From the NCBI GenBank assembly GCA_000830295.1, contig CP010425.1:960001-1024000 (forward strand): a stretch of DNA of 64,000 nt. The letters run 5' to 3'. Position numbers and translations under genes: made by a program. How positions within the stretch are numbered: the first letter of the stretch is position 1; every line of letters begins with the position of its first letter. Below are positions 18,982 to 30,069 of the stretch, piece by piece. This DNA comes from an archaeon GW2011_AR15 (GTDB lineage Archaea > Nanobdellota > Nanobdellia > Woesearchaeales > GW2011-AR15). The notes beneath the pieces are model-generated. The model ran no database searches. It was not told where the DNA came from and was given only the letters and a program-made list of their open reading frames with translations.

Positions 18982-21900
18982 CTATTCTTTTGCTTTACGG
19001 ACTTTCATGTAAAGCAGCAGCCCGCCTACTATTATGGCAAATACAATCAGGTATGTAGCAAGGTTTGCTCCTGCTCCCCCTGTTACTGCTCCTGTAATTC
19101 CTGTAAGGCCAGTATCAGGTGTTTCTGTGGTTCCTGCTGGTGCTGTTTCTTCAGCTGGTGCTGCCTCTTCTGCAGCAGGTGCTTCTTCCTCACCAGATTC
19201 GCCATATGAGAATGCAGTTCCTCCGCTGTTTGAGCCTCCGCCTGATGTTGATCCTGCAGAGCCACTGTCACTCGGATTTGAATTCAGGTTTCCGTATGAT
19301 GTGAAGTGGTAGGTCACAATCTTTGTATTGGTGCCGTCTGTTATGTAACATTCTCCTGGGAAAGTTGGGTTTTCAGGCGCATCATATGTTCCGCCGCACA
19401 CAGTTGTTATCTGCACCCACTGTGATGATCCGGCCGGCTTGTATCCGACAGAACCAGTGACGCCGTTCAGCATGATTGTTACTGCAGTATCAAATATCAA
19501 TACTGAGCTGGATGAGCCGACTTCAATCACAGTTCCGCCTACTGAGAACCCTGATGGCGCAGTGCCATTGCTGGTGCCGCTTGTCGGAGGCAACAGTATT
19601 CCGTCCCATGAAGATGAGGCAAGTATTGTTGTGCCGTTAGGTATGGATACGGTTACACCTGTAAGGTTGGCATTTGTCAGATTTATTGTAGCCCCTGATG
19701 ATGTTGTCAGCTGCACTGCCTTATCTATGCTGACGTTTACATCCCCTATTGTCTCTAAGCTCACGTTAGTGTTATTGAGGTCTCCGCCTGTGTAATCTTC
19801 AATATCTTTTACTTCTCCCCCTATAACAATGCTGCCGTCTGTTGCGTTGTTTGTCTGGTTATTCAGGTCAAGCTCTTCTTCTATCTCTTCATCTACTGTT
19901 GTCTGCCCCTCTTCTTCTGTTGCAGAGCAGCTGGAATCTGTGCAGTATGGTGAGTAGTCGACATTTCCCTCAACATTATCGCTTGGCTCTGTGTCGCCCC
20001 ACCAGTTGCTTGTTGCGTCAATCTCGTTGTCTGTATCCTCAACAATCAAACCTTTGCTGTCATCAGTAATTGAGTTTTGATTGATAGAGACGTCTGCACT
20101 TTCAACATACAGGAGGTGAATACCGGTTCTCTCAGACTCCCCGCCATTGTCTGAGATGGTGTTTTCTTCAATCGTAAGAGTTGCAGGGAGCTCTTCATCA
20201 CCCTCAATGTATTCAACATAGATGCCGGCTTGTCCGTTATCCTCAATAGTGTTGTTTCCGGAAATCGTCACTAGGGCATCGATTGAATAAATATAGATTC
20301 CCTTTCCTATATTGCCGGAAATCGCAGGGTTATCAGTAATATTAAGTGTGCTTCCCTCACCACTTACATATTCGACATAAATGCCGTCGCCCCATCCATC
20401 TTCATTGCCGTTATCTTCAATTCTATTCCTGGAAAATGTGGCCTCTGCGCCCTCACTAACTTCATATACATATATGCCGCCTTCGCTGTTTCCTGAAATA
20501 GTGTTTTCTGAGAAGGTAAGTATATCAAAGTAGGTATCGCTGAGATAGACTCCCGAATAATCATTGTCTTCAATGATGTTCCCTGAAATGTTAATGGTCT
20601 CGTAGGAAACAGAGTCATCTTTTCCGGCATAGATACCATAGCCTTCAGTTGTGACATTGTTGTCGGCAATTGTAAGCTCAAAGCCATCTTCAGCAGAGCC
20701 GATAACAATTCCGTCACCTGTTATACCAGCCAACGCATTATTGCGAATACTGACTTGGTTGGCTCCATAAATGAAGATGCCGTCTCCCTCGTCTTCCCCA
20801 ATATTGTTCATGAGGGTATTCTCTACTGTAAAGACACCCCCTGCATAGTCATCTTCCAGCCAAACAGCACCTCCGGTTATATCCTGAAATACTGTCCCGC
20901 CCGGCACATCAGCCGTAACAGTAATGCGCTCTGTGTAACAGCAGGAATAAACGCCGTAATAAAGGTCAAAGAAGCCGCTGTTGGAAATAATGATGTTGTC
21001 AAGTGCTTCTTCCCCTTCATAGTTAATCTCTACGCCTGTACCTGTTCCATCATCCCCTTCAAATCTAAAACCATCAATAGTTATGTTTGAAGAAAAAATG
21101 CTGAAACCATAGCCATCTTCTGTAATATCAATCACTGTTGTTTCCTCAAACCCGGAACCCTGCAGGGTTATGTCGGATGTTTCAATATCAATGCCTCCTT
21201 CATAGGTGCCGTCGGCAACATTTATTGTATCTCCCTCAAATGCAGCATCTATAGCTTTTTGTATTGTTGCCGGGGATTCGACATTGAATGTATTCCCTGT
21301 TCCGGTTGCATCTGATGCTGCTGTTCCGCCGATAACTTCCTCTGTATCTTCAGTCATTTCAAATGTGTTTGAATTGATTTCTATGCTACTTATTATGCCA
21401 TCTCCGTTTCCAGCACCGACTCTTATAGCCCTTAATCCCCAATTGCTGAATGTATTGTTTTCAAATGAAACCCCGGAAATATCGTAATCTGTTTCTGTCT
21501 CGATAAAGTTTGTAAGCACCGCTACTTCACTTCCACTTGAGCCGCTAACAGTATTGTGTTCAAAAGCAAGATTGCTTAAATCTGATAATTCAGCTGTCCA
21601 GAGGACGTTTGTGCTCTTTGTTGGATCATTTAGGGTTATTTCGTTATAGCTCACTTCAGACTCTGAAACATCATGCAGATCAAGGCCGTCTCCTGTTCCA
21701 CCTTCGCCGTCATTTATTGTAATGAAATTTCCATGTTCTGAGCCTCCTATTAACCAGCCTGTGTGAGGAGAACTTACTTGTTCAGCATATATTCCTGTGG
21801 AGTATCCATCAACAACTATTATAGTATCTTGTACTGTTAGACCTGTTGTTGCTCCATACTCGTTTGGCGTTCCGCCAACCCAGATTCCGTGCGAATCTGT

Positions 21901-22260
21901 TCCTGTAGTGTGTATCTTCAGATTTGCTATTGTTATATCTGAGGAATCTGTTATTGCAAACCCTATTCCTAAGGAAGGTTCAATCAGTGTAGTATCTCCA
22001 ACACCCTGTATTGTCAAATCTGTTTTAGAATCTATAACAATATTTTCATCATAAGTCCCAGCAGCGATAATTATTGTATCCCCGGGGTTTGCAGCATCAA
22101 TTGCAGTTTGAATTGTTGCATACTCTCCAGGTACATTTCTAATCGTAGGATCAGGAACAACAGCAAAAACAGACGCGAGGGTTAAAAGGAATATAAGAGA
22201 AAGAACAGCGAACTTAATCGTGTCGTTGTAAATAGAATCCAAGTTAATAGTGGTTTTCAT
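18982..22260 (-). CDS. Acidic surface protein with right-handed beta-helix (pectin-lyase/NosD-like) repeats and C-terminal TM anchor
   Basis: Signal peptide; two TIQxAIDAAxxGDTIxxAxGTY caps; many N-x-I-x-x-N...GIY repeats; EEAAPA linker; C-terminal TM plus KVRKAKE. Confidence 0.88.
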   Translation of the reverse strand: MKTTINLDSIYNDTIKFAVLSLIFLLTLASVFAVVPDPTIRNVPGEYATIQTAIDAANPGDTIIIAAGTYDENIVIDSKTDLTIQGVGDTTLIEPSLGIGFAITDSSDITIANLKIHTTGTDSHGIWVGGTPNEYGATTGLTVQDTIIVVDGYSTGIYAEQVSSPHTGWLIGGSEHGNFITINDGEGGTGDGLDLHDVSESEVSYNEITLNDPTKSTNVLWTAELSDLSNLAFEHNTVSGSSGSEVAVLTNFIETETDYDISGVSFENNTFSNWGLRAIRVGAGNGDGIISSIEINSNTFEMTEDTEEVIGGTAASDATGTGNTFNVESPATIQKAIDAAFEGDTINVADGTYEGGIDIETSDITLQGSGFEETTVIDITEDGYGFSIFSSNITIDGFRFEGDDGTGTGVEINYEGEEALDNIIISNSGFFDLYYGVYSCCYTERITVTADVPGGTVFQDITGGAVWLEDDYAGGVFTVENTLMNNIGEDEGDGIFIYGANQVSIRNNALAGITGDGIVIGSAEDGFELTIADNNVTTEGYGIYAGKDDSVSYETINISGNIIEDNDYSGVYLSDTYFDILTFSENTISGNSEGGIYVYEVSEGAEATFSRNRIEDNGNEDGWGDGIYVEYVSGEGSTLNITDNPAISGNIGKGIYIYSIDALVTISGNNTIEDNGQAGIYVEYIEGDEELPATLTIEENTISDNGGESERTGIHLLYVESADVSINQNSITDDSKGLIVEDTDNEIDATSNWWGDTEPSDNVEGNVDYSPYCTDSSCSATEEEGQTTVDEEIEEELDLNNQTNNATDGSIVIGGEVKDIEDYTGGDLNNTNVSLETIGDVNVSIDKAVQLTTSSGATINLTNANLTGVTVSIPNGTTILASSSWDGILLPPTSGTSNGTAPSGFSVGGTVIEVGSSSSVLIFDTAVTIMLNGVTGSVGYKPAGSSQWVQITTVCGGTYDAPENPTFPGECYITDGTNTKIVTYHFTSYGNLNSNPSDSGSAGSTSGGGSNSGGTAFSYGESGEEEAPAAEEAAPAEETAPAGTTETPDTGLTGITGAVTGGAGANLATYLIVFAIIVGGLLLYMKVRKAKE

Positions 22261-22394
22261 TCTAGTAACCCCCGATAAATTAAGTAGAGGTAGCCTAAGT
22301 TTATTTATAAATATATGCCCTAAAAGTTATTTTGCAGAACAAGCTAATCCAGAAATTAAAAAACCTTAAATATCTGTTCCATATAAGATAGGCC

Positions 22395-23084
22395 ATGAGA
22401 ATCAAAGAATTTGTATTCCTGTTCGTGAAGTCCCTGAGCCCGCAGCAGTACACCATGCTGATAACCAGGAAAAAAAGGGATGCCGCCCTTTACTTTACTT
22501 ACCTTATGATACTGTTTGTTCTCATATCAGCGGTAATCAATATCCCCTCTTTTTACGATTTTCCACAGACAATCCAGAAATTCAACTTTACAGGCATAGG
22601 TGAGAAGACAACAGTCCTCCAGCAGCCGAAAGTAGTGCTGGATTTCACGCCAGGGGAAAAGGACCTCACAAACGAGGCGCTTATAATCACAGAAGAGAAG
22701 ATTGTGCAGTGGAAATTCCAGCCTAATATCTCCACATTCAGATTATTCGAGCAGGAAACAAAAGAGATCCCCGGATACTTTTACTGGATACTGCTTTTGT
22801 TCCTGCTGCCCTCATACTTCTTTGTGGCATTTGTGATGACCTCAGTAAAATACCTCCTATTAGGCCTTCTTTTTGTAGCAATAGGAATTATATTTGACCT
22901 GATACTGAAAAGGAAAGCAGGAGTGTTCAAGCTTGCAAGGGCAGCAGCATTCTCACTTACCATTCCTGTCCTGCTGGCCTCGGCATCAATCCTGCTGGGA
23001 ATCAATCTTTATCCGGTGTTATTCTACCTTGTTTTCTCTGTCATAATCCTTTTAGTAATAACAAAAAAGCCAATGCTTGGATAA
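22395..23084 (+). CDS. Membrane protein, DUF1189-like
   Basis: N-terminal FVKSLSPQQY...ALYF plus TM, a soluble loop and several C-terminal TM helices. Confidence 0.65.
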   Translation: MRIKEFVFLFVKSLSPQQYTMLITRKKRDAALYFTYLMILFVLISAVINIPSFYDFPQTIQKFNFTGIGEKTTVLQQPKVVLDFTPGEKDLTNEALIITEEKIVQWKFQPNISTFRLFEQETKEIPGYFYWILLLFLLPSYFFVAFVMTSVKYLLLGLLFVAIGIIFDLILKRKAGVFKLARAAAFSLTIPVLLASASILLGINLYPVLFYLVFSVIILLVITKKPMLG

Positions 23085-23085
23085 A

Positions 23086-23244
23086 ATGCCTAAAAAAACA
23101 GATATTCTCTACGAAGAGATAAAGAGAAAAGATGAAATAATCAGGAGGCTAAAGGAGGAAAACATGCTCCTGATGAAGGCAGCCCTGAAAGCCTCTGAAA
23201 GGCAGAAAAAGGCTGAGGAAGAACTCATGAGGCAGGCTAAATAA
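23086..23244 (+). CDS. Small coiled-coil protein (52 aa; not in ORF track)
   Basis: MPKKTDILYEEIKRKDEIIRRLKEENMLLMKAALKASERQKKAEEELMRQAK. Starts 1 bp after the upstream stop and fills the gap. Confidence 0.6.
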   Translation: MPKKTDILYEEIKRKDEIIRRLKEENMLLMKAALKASERQKKAEEELMRQAK

Positions 23245-23701
23245 GCTTTTTTTCAATCTCTTTTTTTAAAGCATTGATGTGAAGCTCAAATTTCAATTTT
23301 AGAATTTTCCAGTCCCGATATCTCAGCAGCTGCCCCATATAATTTATCGCGTTCCTTTTTAGCCTGATTATTTCTAAAAAATCCCAGTCCAGCTCTAATT
23401 CAGGATGCTTAAAGCAGAGATAAGCATTCTTGCACTGGTGATTATCTGCTTTTATACCGTCAAAGAGGAGATAAGCCTCAATCAGCCCTCTTAATGATTC
23501 ATAATGCTCCCTGAATACAAATGTCCAGTCTGTGCTGCTTTCTGGGATGCCTTTTGATTTGCTATTGATGAATTCAAGCCCCTTTTCAGCAACAGTCCTC
23601 AGCGATTTTATAAGCTCAATATCTACAGATTTTTCCTTTATTATTCCAGTGCTTATGCACTGCATGTATGTTTTTTCAAGGTTATCCACTCTGGCTTTCA
23701 T
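23237..23701 (-). CDS. HEPN-domain protein (putative toxin)
   Basis: Helical 154-aa protein with YESLRGLIEA, NH and RLKRNAINY (R-x4-Y variant of the HEPN motif); abuts the MNT gene. Confidence 0.75.
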   Translation of the reverse strand: MKARVDNLEKTYMQCISTGIIKEKSVDIELIKSLRTVAEKGLEFINSKSKGIPESSTDWTFVFREHYESLRGLIEAYLLFDGIKADNHQCKNAYLCFKHPELELDWDFLEIIRLKRNAINYMGQLLRYRDWKILKLKFELHINALKKEIEKKLI

Positions 23702-24253
23702 CTATGCAACCTCTGCAATATCATGTATTTGTCCTTTTATTACATATCCATTGATGATATTTTTCATAAGTCCTGTCCTAACTTGATCGATTTCTTTTTT
23801 GCTTTCAAAGACATGCATCTCTATATTTCTCCGCAGCCTTTTTTCATAAAGATTTTTGTCAAAATCCGAAACATTTCCGAAAACAAAAATGTCGACATCA
23901 GAATCTTTATACCAGTCTCCCTTTGCAATGCTTCCAAAAAGTATTATTGTTCTCGCTGATTTCAGCGACAAAAGCTTTGGTATAAGCCCGCTTTTGTGAA
24001 GCTGCTCCAGAGCATAAATTCTTTTTAGAGAGTAATAAATGTGATTATTGCTTCCGGCTGTAAAATAAGGGAATTTTCCTTTTTCCTTTGTGTAATTAAG
24101 CAGCCCTTCAGCAGTATATTTCCTTAGCCATTTATTAGCAACTGCTTTTGTAACCCCTGCTTTCCTGACTATTTCCTGGAAGTGCCATTCTTTTAACGGG
24201 CTGTCCTCTAAAATTAATTTCAGCACGTTTTCTTCTTTGCTCGGGCTTGCCAT
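23702..24253 (-). CDS. wHTH plus minimal nucleotidyltransferase (MNT antitoxin)
   Basis: N-terminal HTH (HFQEIVRKAGVTK) and IILFGSIAKGDWYKDSDVDIFV pol-beta NTase motif. Confidence 0.88.
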   Translation of the reverse strand: MASPSKEENVLKLILEDSPLKEWHFQEIVRKAGVTKAVANKWLRKYTAEGLLNYTKEKGKFPYFTAGSNNHIYYSLKRIYALEQLHKSGLIPKLLSLKSARTIILFGSIAKGDWYKDSDVDIFVFGNVSDFDKNLYEKRLRRNIEMHVFESKKEIDQVRTGLMKNIINGYVIKGQIHDIAEVA

Positions 24254-24254
24254 A

Positions 24255-24281
24255 AAATAGTATAACTGAGATATACTATTT
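24255..24281. promoter_or_regulatory. Palindromic operator of the MNT-HEPN operon
   Basis: Perfect inverted repeat AAATAGTATA-N7-TATACTATTT between the TATA-like TTTAAATA (24279-24286) and the start codon at 24253. Confidence 0.65.
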
Positions 24282-24369
24282 AAATATTTGTATCTTTATT
24301 CAATACTAAGCATTGCACTATAGAATTTGAGCATCATATTTATAAATAACTTTTCACTACTCATTAGTA

Positions 24370-25059
24370 ATGGTAAAAAAAGTATTTTGGGGAGACTACG
24401 GAAACTCTGCTGTGAGGGATGAGGGAACTCTAAAACTGCAGAAGCTTGTAGAGGAGAAGGCAGAGCTTACATATTCAAAAGATCCCGCTTCAATAGAAGA
24501 GCTGCTTGAAGGGGAATTTGATTTTGTAATACTAACTCCGTACTGGCCTCCGTTAGCAGGGACTGGAGAAGATATATCCGAAAAAATCTACCCATATGAA
24601 GCAATCTTCGGAAAAGGAAAATTCAGGGAATTCCAGACAGAAAGAAACATGCTTATGCTTGGTATGCTCCTATATGACCAGCCAGGCTTATCCAGGTTAA
24701 GTATAGAGGAGCTTCCTGATGAAATAAGGTCAGAGTTGGAAAATGCGAATTATGATGCGGGCACAAGAAGATTCCCGGATATGAATTCGCTTTCAAAGGC
24801 CCTGGAAAGGATAGAAACACTGATAGACTATGTGAAGCTCCCATTAAGTGTAAAGGCAAAGCTTGATGAGCACGGCCTGTATTCCACGTCAGGGTTCTAT
24901 GTTGCTGACAGGCTCAGGAAAAAAAGCGATTCTCCTATAGTTTTTCTCACATATAATGATTATGACGAGAAAGCTGCCGGCGCAATAGGGAATGTATTTT
25001 TTGTAAAGGAATCTGAAATATACAGCGGCTTCCAAAAACTCCTGGACGCACTGAATTAA
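24370..25059 (+). CDS. Pseudo-receiver (CheY-like) domain split by a large insertion
   Basis: KKVFWGD (b1), EFDFVILTPYWP (b3), then about 110 aa, then SGFYVADRLRKKSDSPIVFLT and FFVKE (a3-b4-b5). Confidence 0.6.
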   Translation: MVKKVFWGDYGNSAVRDEGTLKLQKLVEEKAELTYSKDPASIEELLEGEFDFVILTPYWPPLAGTGEDISEKIYPYEAIFGKGKFREFQTERNMLMLGMLLYDQPGLSRLSIEELPDEIRSELENANYDAGTRRFPDMNSLSKALERIETLIDYVKLPLSVKAKLDEHGLYSTSGFYVADRLRKKSDSPIVFLTYNDYDEKAAGAIGNVFFVKESEIYSGFQKLLDALN

Positions 25060-25125
25060 TTCTCAGAGAAAAGTTTAAATACCGCAAAGCCAATTGAATC
25101 TTAAAATTAATCTGAGGTATAAAAA

Positions 25126-25344
25126 ATGGCGAAATCCAAAAAAGTTTCTAAAAAATCAAAAGCAAAAATTCCTGCTGAAGAATTGTACGAGCTGGAGCAC
25201 GCGGCAAAGGTCTATCTTTCATTCGTGCTTGAATACGCTGAAATTCTTGATCCGAAAAAAGGGGTGTCTAAAATAAAAAAGCATGCCTTGGCAATTGCCA
25301 GGGGCGTGGATGAACTGGCTGCTGAGGCCGGAAAGGTGAGATAA
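25126..25344 (+). CDS. Small hypothetical protein with Lys-rich N-terminus
   Basis: 72-aa ORF preceded by SD-like GAGGT; 1 bp from the next gene. Confidence 0.65.
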   Translation: MAKSKKVSKKSKAKIPAEELYELEHAAKVYLSFVLEYAEILDPKKGVSKIKKHALAIARGVDELAAEAGKVR

Positions 25345-25345
25345 A

Positions 25346-26011
25346 ATGGGAGTTGGAGACTGGCTTAACAGGAAACTTACAGGAAAGGCCCCTGCAGCTG
25401 TAAAAGCTATGGAACAGGTAAAGCATGATGAGATGGAACTAAATAAGCTTATCCAGGCTGAGGGAGAGCTTGTGAGCGGCCTGAGGCTTATGTATGCAAA
25501 CAAGGCAGGGCTTACAGAGAAGCTTGTAGCAGTGGTTGACTGGGAAATTAAAAGAGATGCTATTGGGCTGGAAAGACTGAAGGCATGGAAAGCCAGGCAG
25601 GCAGGAGCATTCAGGAAATGGAGAACAAGAATCGGCTCAATGAGAACCGCATTTAAGGAAGGCAAGGCAGATATCACAAAAGACATAGCAAGTCTTGAAA
25701 ATGAGCTCAGGACCATTGAACTGCAGAAAAATCAGACAATTCATGCACTGGATCCGACAAGGGCAAGAGTTTCAAGGAATCTTGCGCAGGTCACAGACCA
25801 GCTCAGGCAGGCAGAGGCCCTTGTAAAGAACCTGAAGATGCAGAAAACAAAGCTTACCAATGTCCAGAGGGATATGGGAAGAGTAGTGACAAGAGATGTC
25901 AATCCTGATGATATCCACAGGCAGGTGCTTCAGCTTGCAGCATCCATGAATCAGTTACAGGCAGCAAGGAGCCCGGCAGAGGTTCAGGAAGCAGTAAAAA
26001 GAATTAAATAA
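25346..26011 (+). CDS. Hypothetical coiled-coil protein
   Basis: 221 aa, basic and helical, with an amphipathic N-terminus. Confidence 0.7.
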   Translation: MGVGDWLNRKLTGKAPAAVKAMEQVKHDEMELNKLIQAEGELVSGLRLMYANKAGLTEKLVAVVDWEIKRDAIGLERLKAWKARQAGAFRKWRTRIGSMRTAFKEGKADITKDIASLENELRTIELQKNQTIHALDPTRARVSRNLAQVTDQLRQAEALVKNLKMQKTKLTNVQRDMGRVVTRDVNPDDIHRQVLQLAASMNQLQAARSPAEVQEAVKRIK

Positions 26012-26083
26012 TTTTTTCTTTTATTTACTATAAAGTAGTGAAAAATAGAAACATTTATAAGCCATGCAGAAGTTTCTCTGCTT

Positions 26084-26857
26084 ATGGGCTTAGGAAGCAT
26101 TATAAAGGCAGCCGCAGGAGGCCTATTGGCATTCTCAGTCTGCGGAATGGTATATTATGGGTTTATGCAGCCGGCCGACAGCATGCCTGCAGCCAAGGCA
26201 GCAGAGCCACAGCCAGTCTATGCTGAAGCATCAGTGGATGAAGCAAATCAGCAATCTGGTGTTTTATGCTATACTGTTCAGCCCGGAGACACGCTTTCTG
26301 AAATAACTGTCAACACGCTCGGCTATGATCATACTCTGGTAGATGTCATTGCAGGGCTCAGCAATATTAAAAACTCGGGCATCATTGAAGCAGGCCAGCA
26401 GATTTACTGCCCCGATAATAATTTTAATATTAATCAGGATGCCCCTGAAGAAGAACCGGCTTATGATGCACAAAGCAGCCCTGAAGAGCAAAGCCCTGCA
26501 GAAAATCCCGCGGTTCCAGAGTACTCAAAAAATTTGTCAATGGAAGAAATAAGGGAAGTTGCGTTCCAGGTATTTCCTGCTAATGTGGCAGAATATTTTG
26601 CAAGGCTTAGCAGTGAATGCGAAGTAAAAGATGGGAATACAGGAGCCATAGGCGGGGCAGGGGAAAGAGGGCTGTGGCAGATTCATCCGGTCCACGCAGC
26701 AACTTTCCCTGAACTTTGGGAAGACTGGCAGAACCCGTACAGCAATGCGCAGATGGCTTATATTGTAAGCACGCAGTATATGCCTGACGGTGTTTTTGAT
26801 CTAAGTCCCTGGACATGCCAGGCAGTATTAGGTCTGCCAGCACAGGTCACAGAATAA
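26084..26857 (+). CDS. Membrane-anchored LysM plus lysozyme/SLT-like transglycosylase
   Basis: N-terminal TM; LysM (YTVQPGDTLSEI...SNIKNSGIIEAGQQIYCP); P/E/Q linker; SECE...ERGLWQI...NPYSNAQMAY...SPWTC lysozyme-like motifs. Confidence 0.8.
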   Translation: MGLGSIIKAAAGGLLAFSVCGMVYYGFMQPADSMPAAKAAEPQPVYAEASVDEANQQSGVLCYTVQPGDTLSEITVNTLGYDHTLVDVIAGLSNIKNSGIIEAGQQIYCPDNNFNINQDAPEEEPAYDAQSSPEEQSPAENPAVPEYSKNLSMEEIREVAFQVFPANVAEYFARLSSECEVKDGNTGAIGGAGERGLWQIHPVHAATFPELWEDWQNPYSNAQMAYIVSTQYMPDGVFDLSPWTCQAVLGLPAQVTE

Positions 26858-27310
26858 TCATTTCTGGCCGAAGTAGAAGTATTTCTCTATTGAGAAATCA
26901 TCATTCTTGAACTTTTCCCTGCTGACAGCCAGCTCAACCTTCTCTTCTTTTTTCTTTTCCTGGACAAGCTGTGTCTGCGGCTCTTCCCTCTGCACAGGCC
27001 TTTCAACATAGACCGGCTTGGCGTTCACCCTTACATCATTAATTTCCCTTTCAAGCTTTCCGACTTTTAGTTTAAGGTCTTTTATTTCAAGAATAGCATC
27101 CTTAAGCGCAAATGTCAGTTTCCTTACATCCTTCTTGAGCTCGGCGCTGTCATCAAAATGCTCCTCGTCAGCGAACTCAGTTGAGAAATTATTTTCATTC
27201 CCATATATCCTTTCGGCGTGGGAGAGCGCGTCTTCTTTGTTGAAGACGAGATTGTGTCTTTTCAACTCTACAGCAAGATTGTTCAGCTTTTGTACTTTTG
27301 CGATATCCAT
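26858..27310 (-). CDS. Hypothetical protein with central coiled coil
   Basis: 150-aa ORF with TATA-like element upstream; aromatic C-terminal tail SIEKYFYFGQK. Confidence 0.7.
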   Translation of the reverse strand: MDIAKVQKLNNLAVELKRHNLVFNKEDALSHAERIYGNENNFSTEFADEEHFDDSAELKKDVRKLTFALKDAILEIKDLKLKVGKLEREINDVRVNAKPVYVERPVQREEPQTQLVQEKKKEEKVELAVSREKFKNDDFSIEKYFYFGQK

Positions 27311-27433
27311 GCCCGATTTTATGATATAATTAGTATATAAATATATCGTTTTTTGATATTAGTATAGTAAAAAGTATATTAATTATACTTACTCCTCCAA
27401 GAAATTTTTATATATGCCTAACTCAAAAGAAGT

Positions 27434-29442
<2,009 letters not shown>

Positions 29443-29456
29443 TTAGCTTATAAAAC

Positions 29457-29927
29457 TTATTTAACATCCGTCACCAGGCTCAGCAGATCAGGCTCTGCCA
29501 TAAACTCCTCTTTTTTTATGTCCTCAACAATATAGTATGTCTCTTTTTCCTCAATCTTGAATTTCTGGTCCAGCTTCTCGATAAAACCCTCAAGCTCCAC
29601 TATGCTCCTGAAAACAGCCTCGAACATATAGTCAAAGCCGTTGTTTATCCTGAAGACAGAATTTATGTTAGGATGCTTCTGGAGATAATTCCCTGCTTCT
29701 GCCCTGAACTCTCTGCTTACTTTTACAAGGATATGTGCCCTTGTGTGGAAGCCGAGGGTGCTGAAATCTATAAGAGTTGTATGCCTGACAATAATATTCT
29801 CCTCATTTGCCTTTATCCTGTCAAATATTGTAGAAACCGGTATGCTTGTCTCCCTGCTCAGCTTTGTCAGCGGCACTCTTGCATTTTTCCTGAGGTGCGA
29901 TATAATCCGGTAATCTTTTGATTTCAT
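29457..29927 (-). CDS. Lrp/AsnC family transcriptional regulator
   Basis: N-terminal HTH (LRKNARVPLTKLSRET.IPVSTIFDRI) and a RAM-like C-domain. Confidence 0.9.
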   Translation of the reverse strand: MKSKDYRIISHLRKNARVPLTKLSRETSIPVSTIFDRIKANEENIIVRHTTLIDFSTLGFHTRAHILVKVSREFRAEAGNYLQKHPNINSVFRINNGFDYMFEAVFRSIVELEGFIEKLDQKFKIEEKETYYIVEDIKKEEFMAEPDLLSLVTDVK

Positions 29928-30069
29928 GCAGAAACGCTAATTGGAATGTTTTAAAATAGATTGTTCCCGTGATAATGGAGATTATCCGTGTTTTATGGAA
30001 ATCATTTAGGGGTGATGGAAAGATTTCGGAAAATTAAAAAGATGTAGAAAATCCTACATTATAGCTGAA

